A stretch of DNA of 63,999 nt, filler included, from Stramenopiles sp. TOSAG23-6 (taxonomy: Eukaryota): the NCBI GenBank assembly GCA_900128565.1. It is 6 parts of 6 records of this genome, joined end to end, with 100 filler letters (N's around TTAATTAATTAA, not from the genome) between each part and the next. Parts side by side here need not be neighbours in the genome. Positions count along the whole stretch, not along the records: positions 1 to 10,745 come from LT636293.1; positions 10,846 to 21,589 come from LT636294.1; 4 more parts are not named here. The stretch is one strand, 5' to 3'. Below the pieces are notes generated by a model, which was not told the DNA's origin, made no database searches, and saw only the letters and a program-made list of their open reading frames with translations. Position numbers and translations under genes: made by a program. Shown piece after piece: positions 1-11,720 of this stretch; position 1 is the stretch's first letter, and each line of letters starts with the position of its first letter.

Positions 1-83
1 TTTTTTGTTTTTGTTTTTGTTTTTGTTAGGTACGAAATTTCGTATGAAAAAAAATAAATTCGAAATTGAAAAAAAAAACATAC
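1..83 (-). mobile_element. Introner-like intron 1 (5' part)
   Basis: at|GTATGT…TTCATACGAAATTTCGTACCTAAC; cut by window start. Confidence 0.8.
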
Positions 84-1135
84 ATAGCGGGTAACTTTGC
101 AACAAGAAAAACCAAAAGATAAATGCCGACTCTATTGCGGATAGTATTATGCCCTACTATGGATAATGACTTGGTGGATCTAAGAAGTTGATAGTATGTA
201 GTCATGGTAAATATGACTACAAACAATAAGGGAATATAGTAGCAAAATAACCGAAACATGTATTGTTCAAATGAAAAAAAATATTTTTTTTGTTAGGTAC
301 GAAATTTCGTACGAAAAAAAAAATTGAGATTAAAAACGTACATATCGTTTTTCCTCGTAATCCAACACCATGTTCCTCCCGCATATCCAAGAGCTCCACC
401 TGTCCATGAACCATCTTCTGCCAATGACGTTCCATATCCTCCCCAGAGTGAAAGACATAGAAAAAAAGTTGATAATCCCCAAACAATTCGATGATATTTT
501 GGTGAAGTATGAGATCCATGTTGAAGGGAAAGTCTATTATTAGCAAATCGTAATTCACAACGGATGTGATGTGCAAATACAGCTACCCAGAGAAATGCGC
601 CAACGCCAAAAAATTGCATCCAAGCTGCTGTAATATAACATATTGTTGTTGGGTCTTTTGCGTCAGATGTTCCATCTCCTAAAGTCATTAAAAATGCTAA
701 ACTGTGTAAAGCATCAGTCATTTGGAGAAACATGATTAAACGCGTTGCTAAACCTCCCCCATTTCGATTATTATGGTGAGACTTTGGTGAATGAAGGGGT
801 ATAGTTTGAATTAATTGTTCGTCGTTCGAGTTTAACGTAGCAGGTGCCGATTTTTCCAATTCTCTTTCTTCGTTCGGCGAAGCAATTGGATTAGTGGAGC
901 CTTGTGGGGTGCTATCGATAGATCGAAATGATCGTTGCACTGAGATTTCACTATCATCTTCATTTTCTGTAACTTCGCGTGGTGCTCTCTGAGAAGGTAG
1001 AATTAAAAAATAATATGTACATGTAATAAAGGCAGATGCAGATAACGATAATACCGCTCCAATAGCACTTACAATATGCAGTGTCAAGATCTGTTCTGAA
1101 TCGAAGTCGTCTTCTCTTACTTCAGTCGAATTCAT
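84..1135 (-). CDS. 7-TM GPCR, cAMP-receptor/Git3-like (3' end runs off the window)
   Basis: Exons 1135-342 and 257-84 join in frame (…KNDM|FRLF…). Hydrophobic helices, CY…A and WCWI motifs typical of CAR-like GPCRs. Confidence 0.75.
258..341 (-). mobile_element. Introner-like intron 2, GT-AT, 84 nt
   Basis: at|GTACGT…CCTAAC…AATACAT|g; restores frame. Confidence 0.85.
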
Positions 1136-1449
1136 CGCAAAGCGTATGAATCGCCGTGGAATTATANAGGCCGGTGTANAAGGTTACTGATGTTACAATA
1201 GCGTGTTCTTGGAAAGGTTTAAAAGTCTTGATAGTCAATCTTCAGAATCAACAATTGATTATAGATAATTATTACAATTTACTATTCATGACGATATCGG
1301 ATATGACCTGTTTGACATCAATCAATTTGATGATTGACAAAAAAAATGACGTTAAATTCTTAACTTAATATTTCGTGTTTGTTAGCGTATGAATTTACAC
1401 TATCGTCTTTATTTATTTTTATATGTAAAAAAAATATGAAATTNTTCAC

Positions 1450-4400
1450 TCAAGACCAAATTTCCGAATCTTGTAATCTCAAATCAGCATCCATAGTGCT
1501 GCAGTTATTAATGGCATACAATATCTTTTCATAAGCAGCATCAAAAGTTGTGTATGCAGGAAGTTTGATTGTAAAAAAGCAAGTTTGTGATCTAGGAAAA
1601 TATTCATTTGGGTTCTCTGAGGCACAATCATCTTTCATTGCTTGAATGATAAATGGATGATTCAATGAAGAAGTACTGTGAAGAAATATGTTTCAAGTAT
1701 GAAATTGATTAGGTACGATTTTTTTTTACGAAAAAAAAAAACGAAATTCATGATGAAAATATACAAACGTCAGACGGCATTCGACTACGAGCCCAAGCAA
1801 ACTGTAAGAATTGAACACGCTGTGCTGGACTGAAACGCCGTAAAACTTGCCATAAAAATATGACTTCCCTAGACTCTGTAGAAAGGCCATCTTCATACTT
1901 GGCACAAGCCGAGAGTAAATCCACATCCATGTATTGTAAAGAAATATTTTTTTTTTATTAAAAAAAATATTAGGTACAAAATTTCATATAAAAAAAAATT
2001 GAAATGAAATGAATGATATCAACGTACACGTCAGCAACTCCACAAATTAAGTCGCGCGCTTCGTCTGCAGTATAAAGCTTTAATAATCCTACAGGTACTG
2101 TCATGAGGATACCTGAGAGAACGGCACCCGTTTGAATTTGATTTTCATAACGACGAACTTTTTGAGCAAGAACTCGATATTGTTGTCTATTCGAAAGATT
2201 CACGGATTTCGATAACCCACCAGTGACAAGNGGAACATTTCGTTGATTCCCAGAACTTGANTTTACACAAAAATATGTATTGTGAAAAAATATTTGGTTT
2301 AAAAAATTGTTAGGTNTGAAATTTTCTTTTCTTTTGAAAAACAAATTTAGGTACAATATTCCTGATGAAAACGAAAAAACAAATTTAGGTACAATATTCC
2401 TGATGAAAACGTACTTGAAACAAGTTCTTCCAGTTCTGCCGAATTAGCAGCAGATGCAGTAGCAGATAAAATATCATCTAGTCCTTCATCAATCTGTCGT
2501 AAATTACTGATATCTTTATGTGATCTTTGATTACTATCATACGTCCCNACAAGATGTTCCCAAAAGTAATTAGGCAAATTTAAAGGAATTTGTACTCCAC
2601 AACGTAACGCAACACCAATGTATTGTGAAATTTTAAATTTTGTTTGAAAAAAAATCGTCAGGTACAAAATTTGGTACAAAAAAAACAAATTCGAAATTCA
2701 AAAAAATAAAACATGCATAAGCTGACCCAGAAAACGAAGAAGAGCAAGACGAAAAGGATCATTTGCAGAAGGCGATAATAAACGAATATGNTGCTCACCT
2801 CCACGTTTCATGTTTGCATTAGGTGATGGAACTAACAAATTCAAACAACCTCGATCCTGTAATTCTTCGACAATATCAGTGAAAATAGTCCTAAAAGGAC
2901 CTCCCTGGTCTACAACGCCNTCACCAAAGAGTTTGACGAAAAATGATCTTGGTTGAGGATTTTCTTTAGAACTCCAAGCTTGGCGTAATCCTGAATAGTT
3001 CTTTATATCACCAAGCGATGTCCATAATTGTCCAAACACAGAATATGTTGTGAAAAAATATTTCAGAAAAAATAATTTTTAGGTACAGAATTTCCTACGA
3101 AAAAAAACATAAATTTGAAATTCATCATGAAAACAAACATATTTAATTTCTGTAGCAAGCATGCTATTACTTCCAGGTGTTCCCATGTTGGCAAGATCTG
3201 CAGCCATTTTTCTATCTAAAGAAATTTCTTTAATTGTCATTGGTTTAGAATATTCATCCTCGGGTTCTGGTGTGGCAAGAATGGTACGTGTTTGACTTTC
3301 ATGCCAAGCTGAATGCTTTACAACTGGAAAGAGTAAATGTTTAGCACTAACAAGACCCGTATGACATCCCCATCCATTTTATGTGAAACATATTTGTTTT
3401 TTGGTTTTAAAAAAATTGTTAAGTACAGAATTTTTCTTATGAAAAAAATAAATAAATTTGAAATGATTCATGAAAACGTATATTTCTCATCAAATCACCA
3501 GCTGAAGATAATTTGATGCAATCTAAAGAACCACGAAGTAATACATTCAATTGTAATAAAACTGCCCAACGAAGTCCCGCGTCTCGGCGTCCATCCTCAA
3601 CTAAAACAGGTATATTTTGAGCTGCATTGTATATATCAATTACAGTTAATCCAAATTCACCTACGCGTACTTTGCAACCAGCGCTTTGAGATGCTCTGAT
3701 GAGAGCCTTGTCACGGGACACGGACCAAAATTTACCAAATGCACGTCTTTGAAATTTTTCGATGGACGCTATTCCAGGCACACGTACAATGGAAGGATTT
3801 GTATTTATATCTGTATTTGGAATTTTGTCGTTTGCTACTTTTGGTAGTGCTATCGAATCTGTGACACTGCGAAGTTTCGAACAAAGACTATAATCACGTA
3901 TTGTGAAAAAATATTTTAAAAAAAAATCGTTAGGTACGAAATTTCGTATGAAAAAAAATTAAATCAGAAATTCATATAAAACATACACTTAAATTGTCTG
4001 TTTCTTCACAGTAAAATGGCGATTCTTCAATCACAGTGACATTGGAACCATGAAGAAAGTCTCTTGGTAACATAGAAACCCCAGAAGTACCATCTTCTAA
4101 AATGACGAGGCGATCAATAGAGCCATTTCCAGGTGTTGAACTATTGAAGCTCACAGAACTGTCAATATGTATCCCTAATACTGTCCCTATTATAGTACGA
4201 TTTGCTGCACCATCATTCATCGAAATGTCACCTCCAATGACAGATGGTTCAGACACAACAGCAGGAATAGATATTTTACATCGAGGAAGCAATGAAACAT
4301 GATCTACTTCCATACCTCTAGATCCATCATGTATTGTGGGGAAATATGTTTACGCTTTGAAATTGGTTAGCGTTAATTTTAAAATGAATTTTAAAACGAA

Positions 4401-7400
4401 TCATGAAAACAACAAACTCACAAAAAAAGAAAATCGTTAGGTACAAAATTTCGTATGCAAAATAAATGATGAAAACGTACAACCTCAATTTCTAAAGCTG
4501 TCGTTGGTTCAGCTTGACCTTCTTTCGTTGGGTGTACTAAACCGTGAGATTGACGCCATCGTAACCATTGTTTGTACGCCTTTTCAACAAACTCAAAAGG
4601 AGGAACTCCACCTTTCACTAATGCGCGTGCAGTCGCAATAGCTAATGCAGTATTATAACACCTTTCCTNAACGAGAGGCCGTTCAACTGAAACTGACATA
4701 TCACACAATGTAATTCTATCTTCAACAACAGCAGCATCTGAGGAAAGACCAGTATTACTGCGACCACGTTGCATCATTCTTTGTTTATTACAACCACGGA
4801 AGTAAATAAATGGCCATAAACCTCTCGCGCTTGTCCTAAATCGATGCTCTGGAAAGGAAAATGCTCGACCTAAAGGTCGTCCATTACAAAAGTAAAATAT
4901 TTCACCTGCATCAGTATCCAATAATACACCTATCCTATCACCTGAACCGATAAAAGGACCATAAAAACTTTCTCTGCCCGAGGCGTCGATAGTAGCACGA
5001 AAACTAATCCAAGCCCATCGATATCCTTGAGGAAATTTATCCATAGACACACGCGGCAAACCTACGGTAACACCAATGAATAAAGATCCAGCACCTCGAG
5101 TAGTACTATCAACGATAAACTCCCAATAGTGTGAACCTCTAAGAAGTGGACGATCATGCAATGTGAAAAAAATCAAAAACAATAATTCGTCAGGTACAAA
5201 ACTTTCATACAAAAAAATATTAATAAAATTCATGACGAAAGCATACACCAATGAGAACGCAACCAGGTCCAGATGGGGCAGAGACAGATCGACCATCACT
5301 TGACATGCAAAGATTTGCACTACATCTTTGTGAATTGAGTTGATTTAGCTTTGATGTTGGTGAACATATTGACAAATCTCGCATGGTATTCAGCGCATCT
5401 GGAAAAGCTTTGAGGTTAAGTAACGATTTATGGTACGGATGATTAGGATCTTTCATTAGAGTATGAGATGGATGATACTCCTTGTGTAAAATATGCAAAA
5501 CCTTTGCAACACATCCGCGATTTTGATCTGAGCGAAGCAAATTATCTGTCGTGTTTTTTTTCTTTTGGGTATCATTTATCGTATCACTGGAAATATTATC
5601 TTTGTTCTCTTTGCCAATTTCTTTTGTTGACATTCGAACACTTCGTTTTGAAAAACTATTCACAGGAGCAGGAGGATGACTCAGTCGTAATAATGTAGCA
5701 TGCAAAGGCGATCTTTCACCTCCCCAACTTTCTCTAACAACACGAAGATTCATAAGCGCTGCAATTGATTGTGCACCTAAATTACGAACTTGTAAATCTG
5801 AATCGCCTGTAAAACTTGTCCCCGAAGCGAGACGTAGTACAGAATGACGCATAAGGTACAAACCTTGTTTATCTTCGTCATCTAATTCACTTCCCTCGTC
5901 TAAAGACTTACACGTAAACTTTATGTTAGACGCACGCACAACCGCATTAACGACATCTCCACTACTGAGATGTAATGCATTTACAGCACTTGAATGGGTC
6001 ACTTTGGCCTCCTGCATAACGATCTCTACATTAGATGATGTAATGTCTAAATCATTAATCCGGTTCTGATTATTCTTGGCCTCATTGATACATTTATTTT
6101 TTTTATTTCCATCGATAATTGTTTCTTCGCAACCTTGCTCATCATTATCGCTTGAACTACTCGAAATCCCATCAGACACAGCAGCAATATAATCCATGCG
6201 ATTTCTATTTGTATCATCAACTTTCGAAATTTTCGTATTCCGATCCGACCGTCGTTTTTTCTCTATTTCTACTAATTTTTGCTCATTTTTGAAATCTAAT
6301 TCGCCATCTTTCCAACACTGCATGCATACATCAAAATCACAACCCTGGGTACATCGAAAACTTGTTCCTGTAGAACCACAAATATCACAATAATTAGTTT
6401 GGCGTGGAGCGGATACCATGTTTGTGAAAAAATATATCATACAAAAAAATATCGTTAGGTACGGAATTTTTTTACGGAATAAAAAAAATAGGTAAAACAT
6501 TCGTTATGAAAATGTACATATTATGCATTTTGTTGCATTTGATACCCATATACGAAGATGAAGCAATCGATTCGCGACCTAATCGTTTCTTTGCNATTAT
6601 ACTTGTAATACACAATGCAAAACATAATTTTGCAGCAGATCGTCGCAGTGTCACATCCGCCCAATCTCCGCCACAGTCAATGACGAGATCAACACATTTT
6701 GATTCTATCGCTTGTAGGCGAGTGGGAATGATACAACTTCTTCCTGAATCGTCCAATAACGCTTCTGCTATAATTTGCATACCAATGGTAGCTAATTTTG
6801 GATGTAATCTAGCATTATAACACAACTTTTCGAAAATAATTTTAACACCTCCTCCCCGGGCGACAAGACTTGGCGCACATCGGTGTCTTCCCAAGAAAGC
6901 TTTGGCAGACTTAATTAGTTGATNATTCGTTTCAGATGAAAATAATTTCTGAAGCAACGGTCGAAAAAAGTCATTAGCATCCGGAAGGGNGGGCACTTTA
7001 ATTGTCTTCTCTTTCTTTTGTACATTTTCATTTGCGGCTTTGACTTTTAGAGTTTTCGTCTTTTTGATTTCGTTTTCCTTTTCAGTTGAAGCAACAACTT
7101 GTTTTTTTTGTTCTTTGCAATTTTCTGTAACATCGTTACTAACAGATTTTCTCTCGGTTTTTACTTCCTTATCATTAGATTCCTTAGACATAGCTATTTC
7201 ATTGTCCTTAGATTCCTTAGACAAAGCTATTTCCTTGTCCTTAGATTCATTAGACATGGATATTTCCTTGTCCTTAGATTCATTAGACATGGCTATTTCC
7301 TTGTCATTAGATTCATTAGACAAAGCAAGCGCCATTGCAAGCATTGCCTCTTCTTCTTCGTTCTCACTGTCTTCATTATCATCTTCAACTTGAAGGTTTT

Positions 7401-10400
7401 CGCTTTGAAGCTTGCTTTCAGCAGATTCATTCTTTGATACAGATTCGTTCGTTATAGGTATATTGCTGTGATCATCCGACTCTTGGGATAGTGCAAGGGC
7501 TTTAGCGAGCATTGCTTCTTCATCGTCACTTTCTTCATAATCCGACGTGCAATTAGATTCTACTTTATCAGTATCTTTAGATTCTACTTCATTACTATCT
7601 TTAGATTCTACTTCATTACTATCTTTAGAATCTACATCATTGCTATCTTTAGATTCTACTTCATTACTATCTTTAGATTCAGCCATTACGGCTGCCAATT
7701 GTGAAGCTAATTGCTGCGCAACAACGTCTGAGCTAAAATTATTCACGTAAGTGTCACCAGGGGATTGAGTTGTTGTCGAAATATTAGACAGAGCAGCGGG
7801 GGTCACATTGGTGGGAATGGATGAACATTCAGATACAGAGTCGCCATCTTCATCGTTTTTACTAACCAAATCTTCTTCACCTTTTTTTTCTAAAATATCT
7901 TCAGTCTCCGGATTATTATTATCATCACTATTTTGACCATTTCTTCCATTTTCTTCGCTTTCGTTTTCATCAGCAACATCGGGAAATATATCAAATCTAT
8001 CTCCATTGGCAAAGACAACATCATTCTCCATATTTTCGATGCTATCATCCTTACCATCGTCGTTACACTCTTCTTCAATTCGGCGTATGCATTCAATCAA
8101 GTCATATTGATTCAAACCAAGTGTACTGGGGGTATCATCATTTTCTATTTTGCTGCCATTGATGAAAAATCCTAATGATTCTGGGTCTTCACCAGCACGC
8201 CGCGCAAATACACGAAATACTTTAGACATTTTCGTTCGTTGGAGTACTTTGAAATGGGTTTCTTTTCCGTCAGCCGAATCAAGGACCCTAATTGTAATAC
8301 TATTACTTTGATTACTAATACGATTATTTCGATGTCCAATTCTAGAAGCCCCACCTTGATTCATTCCCAATAATTGCGCGATGTGTAGTTGTGCCATCTG
8401 AGCCATTAGACCTCCTCCACCTTCACCACTTTCCATATTTTCAAAAACAGACATTAAAGTCTCCCCATGTATTTTGGAAAAATATTTCAAAAAAATCTAA
8501 AAAGAATTGTTAGGTACAAAATTTCGTACGAAAAAAAAACTCGAATGTAAAAAAAAATAAAACCTACATCTATATTCCCTCGAAGTCTAGGAGGCATATT
8601 TATCGAATTACTAGCACCGCCAGCACCGACAAATTGGCGATGAAATATATTCAGTCTTCTATTCGTTTCTCTTCGATATGTTCTTGGTTGTGAGGAAGAT
8701 TTTAATTTTTTATTCGCATCTTCCGATTTTTTTTTCGCCTCTGCTTTCACATTGAGCTCTGTCTCACGGTCAAGAAATCTCCCAGATTGATAGGTTTCCA
8801 TTCCAACACAGTGCCAGGAATTATTAGACTTTGTTTTGGTACCCGAAGAGTTCATATATTGAAAACGAAATGTTCTAAATTCCTTTCCCGGTTGGACAAC
8901 AATTGAATTTGACAAACCAAAGCCAATTAATTGTTCTTTCGCCACAGTAAATATATTACTTTTTTCATAGTTATATTCAGGTTTATTACTAGGATCATTC
9001 TTGGATGAAACTAATTCGCTAATAAAACCAATCGAAACATCTGCAGTACATCCATCATTATGGTGTATAAATATTTGTGAATTGATGTATTGTGGAAAAA
9101 TAGTTCAAAAAAAAAAACTAAAATTTGTTAGGTACAAAATTTCGTAAGAAAAATAAATTCGTAATTGAAAAAAATTAAAACATACATACCAATTGTACCA
9201 GGACACATTTTTAATATTCCCTTATACGCAACATTGTCAAAAAAATGATGTGCTAAGTCACACCAATCAATTTTAGAAGAGACCTCAGTTAAAACCGAGG
9301 TGTTGTATTGGACAGGTGCTTCAGTTTTTATTAAACATTTTGAAGCACAAGCTAACAGTAACTCATTTCTTTCTTTCTTTAATTTCATAGAAGAAATCGC
9401 AAGCAAAAGCTCAAAAAGTGATTTTAAGTATGCAGAAGGAGGTTTTGGTCTCTCTTTACATCGTTGTTGCTCAAAACACATCCACAATCGTTCTTCACTC
9501 GGAAGAGATTTTGATATTTCTAAAAGACTCATCCCAATATTCTTTATATCAAGTACTTTCATATTATTTTCATGATCAGACATTGAATTGGTTTGTGCCA
9601 GATTCAACATATCGATTCCAGCATTTAACATTTGTGATATAAGTAAAAACACAGGCTCTTTTAAAGTCATATTAGACCTTTTAGTACAAATGACTAAAGT
9701 GTTACGCAAATCAATACTAGCGCTTACAGCATAAGCAGCTTTGAAACCAATACAATCTTTCTTCTGTGATAAGCATAATAAAGCATCAAGAATGCGTACA
9801 GCGAAGAAAACACGAGGTTCACCAACAGCTGACGCGTCACTTATACCATGCTTTCCAGATACTCGACTATTTGATCGATGTTTGTGTAAATCCCAAGAAC
9901 ATTTCTGATATTTTGGATGAACTGCCGCAAGGCGTAACATTGTGGTACATGTAGCAACTATCGATGGCCCTGCACCCAAAGCAACTAACGTAGGGAGAAT
10001 TCCTAGAGGGTCTTCATTATTTTGCACATAATTCGAATTCGTGTGGATCATCGTGGATACAGACCCAACCCTAGGAGTCATTATGATCGAAGAACGACAG
10101 AGTACAAGTCGTGCAAAAGTAGGTGTCCAAAGTGGTGCGCTTAATACGTCACGTAGACTTGAATTTACTTCGATATCATGAGCTTTTGGAAAAATATTTC
10201 AAAAAAAAATCGTTAGGTACAAAATTTCGTACGCAAAATAAATTCGAAATTGAAAAAAAATAAAACATACATGAGCTTTTGTAAGTCTCAGTATACCAGC
10301 AACAATTCGACGAGTGTGTATCGTAACTAAGGCTTCTTCTAACATACATAGAGCTTCGGATGCATACTCCAAAGAAAGTTTTTCTTCATCCCACCCAACA

Positions 10401-10691
10401 CCTAAACGAGAATTATCGCGTTGTTGGGCTAGATCAGGATTTTCCGAATCACTGTTTTGTTTGTTTTTTTTTGCCCCCGTTACAGCAGCGACAGCAACTG
10501 CAGTGACCAAATCCCATGCTTGTGCCGCGATGAAATTTGCATCTTTAGGGAAATATACATCTGCCATTGGAGCAAACGAACTTGCATTCCCCCTATCAAG
10601 TAAATTATCCTGAGATATTAAAGCAGATGTGTCCGTATATTGTAAACCCGATAAAAGATCCCCCAAAGTCTTCACTCTAAAGCGCTTCAGC
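1450..10691 (-). CDS. Giant HECT E3 ubiquitin ligase with SUMO-like, UIM, ZZ-like, UBA-like and SPRY domains (5' truncated)
   Basis: Exons 10691-10271, 10177-9186, 9084-8568, 8466-6518, 6417-5247, 5155-4481, 4328-3987, 3895-3482, 3375-3139, 3042-2717, 2617-2415, 2274-2028, 1928-1765, 1670-1450 form one frame. HECT motifs DQGGPFR, FLGQLIGVALR, PRSQTCFFTIKLPAY; SPRY GSHYWE…GDRIGVLLD. Confidence 0.88.
1671..1764 (-). mobile_element. Introner-like intron 3, GT-TT, 94 nt
   Basis: tt|GTATAT…CCTAAT…CAGTACTT|ct; gives DVSSLNHP. Confidence 0.82.
1929..2027 (-). mobile_element. Introner-like intron 4, GT-AT, 99 nt
   Basis: gt|GTACGT…AATACAT|g; gives CGVADVDVDLL. Confidence 0.85.
2275..2414 (-). mobile_element. 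Introner-like intron 5, GT-AT, 140 nt, internal duplication
   Basis: aa|GTACGT…AATACAT|at. Confidence 0.8.
2618..2716 (-). mobile_element. Introner-like intron 6, GC-AT, 99 nt
   Basis: at|GCATGT…CCTGAC…AATACAT|t; gives FLGQLIGVALR. Confidence 0.88.
3043..3138 (-). mobile_element. Introner-like intron 7, GT-AT, 96 nt
   Basis: at|GTTTGT…AACATAT|tct; gives KYSVFGQ. Confidence 0.82.
3376..3481 (-). mobile_element. Introner-like intron 8, AT-AT, 106 nt
   Basis: at|ATACGT…CTTAAC…ATAAAAT|gga. Confidence 0.75.
3896..3986 (-). mobile_element. Introner-like intron 9, GT-GT, 91 nt
   Basis: gt|GTATGT…CCTAAC…AATACGT|gat. Confidence 0.82.
4329..4480 (-). mobile_element. Introner-like intron 10, GT-AT, 152 nt, composite
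   Basis: tt|GTACGT…AATACAT|gat; two CTAAC motifs. Confidence 0.78.
5156..5246 (-). mobile_element. Introner-like intron 11, GT-AT, 91 nt
   Basis: gt|GTATGC…CCTGAC…TTGCAT|gat; gives SPRY VLIGDRP. Confidence 0.85.
6418..6517 (-). mobile_element. Introner-like intron 12, GT-AT, 100 nt
   Basis: at|GTACAT…CCTAAC…AAACAT|g. Confidence 0.82.
7140..7330 (-). repeat. 33-bp coding tandem repeat (SNESKDKEIAM-like)
   Basis: About 5 imperfect copies directly after a UIM-like motif in the HECT gene. Confidence 0.85.
7550..7682 (-). repeat. 24-bp coding tandem repeat (ESKDSNEV-like)
   Basis: About 5 copies of ttagattctacttcattactatct. Confidence 0.85.
8467..8567 (-). mobile_element. Introner-like intron 13, GT-AT, 101 nt
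   Basis: at|GTAGGT…CCTAAC…AATACAT|ggg. Confidence 0.85.
9085..9185 (-). mobile_element. Introner-like intron 14, GT-AT, 101 nt
   Basis: at|GTATGT…CCTAAC…AATACAT|c. Confidence 0.85.
10178..10270 (-). mobile_element. Introner-like intron 15, GT-AT, 93 nt, 11-bp flanking direct repeat
   Basis: caaaagctcat|GTATGT…CAAAAGCTCAT|gat. Confidence 0.82.
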
Positions 10692-10745
10692 ATGTATTTT
10701 GGAAAAATATTTCAAAAAAAAAATTGTTAGGTACAAAATTTCGTA
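10692..10745 (-). mobile_element. Introner-like intron 16 (3' part)
   Basis: …CCTAAC…AATACAT|g; contig ends inside. Confidence 0.8.
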
Positions 10746-10845
10746 NNNNNNNNNNNNNNNNNNNNNNNNNNNNNNNNNNNNNNNNNNNNTTAATTAATTA
10801 ANNNNNNNNNNNNNNNNNNNNNNNNNNNNNNNNNNNNNNNNNNNN
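10746..10845. other. Artificial contig linker N-TTAATTAATTAA-N
   Basis: All-frame stop 12-mer at 10790-10801 between N runs; repeats every ~10.8 kb. Confidence 0.97.
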
Positions 10846-10866
10846 TCTCTCTCTCTCTCTCTCTCT
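10846..10866 (+). repeat. (TC)n microsatellite at contig start
   Basis: tctctctc… upstream of gamma-tubulin. Confidence 0.8.
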
Positions 10867-10924
10867 ATTTGCTCTCTCCTTTAAATAAAGTCTTTCGGAG
10901 AAAATTTTCTGTTGAAAAGTCATC

Positions 10925-11628
10925 ATGCCTCGCGAAATTATCACTTTGCAGGTAGGCCAATGCGGTAATCAAATTGGAATGTCATTCTGGGAGCAGCTCT
11001 GTAATGAGCATGGTATTCGTCCAGATGGATCGCTTGAGGACTTTGCACAATTAGGAATGGATCGTAAAGACGTATTTTTTTACCAAGCTGACGACGACCA
11101 CTACATTCCACGTGCACTTATGATGGATTTAGAACCTCGTGTTGTAAAAGGAATTCAAAATGGTCAATACCAGAAGTTTTTCAATCCTGAAAATATTTTC
11201 ATGTCTACTGACGGTGGTGGTGCAGGAAATAACTGGGCAAGTGGTTATCACCAAGCCGAGGGTGTTCATGAAGAATTAATGGACATGATCAACCGAGAGG
11301 CCGATGGTAGTGAAAGTTTGGAGGGATTTGTTCTGTCTCATTCAATTGCTGGTGGGACAGGTTCTGGTATGGGATCTTATCTTTTGGAAAAACTCAATGA
11401 CCATTTTCCAAAGAAACTAATTCAAACGTATTCTGTATTTCCTAATCAAGATGATGCCGATGTCGTCGTACAGCCGTATAACTCCATGTTAACCCTCAAA
11501 CGTCTCACTTTGAATGCTGATTGTGTCATGGTATTAGATAATACCGCACTCAATCGGATTGCCACAGATCGGTTACATATCGCCAATCCAACAGTCAATC
11601 AACTGAATAGTCTTGTAGCGACTGTCAT
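10925..11628 (+). CDS. TUBG1: Gamma-tubulin, first exon only
   Basis: [35 protein letters not shown]. Ends at the intron donor at 11629; the expected continuation is absent. Confidence 0.95.
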
Positions 11629-11720
11629 GTATGTTTTATTTTTTTTCAATTTCGAATTCATTTTTCGTACGAAATTTTGTACCTAACGATTTTTTTTTGA
11701 AATATTTTTTCAAAATACAT
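11629..11720 (+). mobile_element. Introner-like intron 17, GT-AT, 92 nt, joins two different genes
   Basis: Consensus-like copy between gamma-tubulin and PI4K exons. Confidence 0.85.

Noticed and set aside
1450-10691. Fragmented ORFs as pseudogenes or an alternative genetic code
   Set aside because: All breaks coincide with the intron elements, and spliced frames are continuous.
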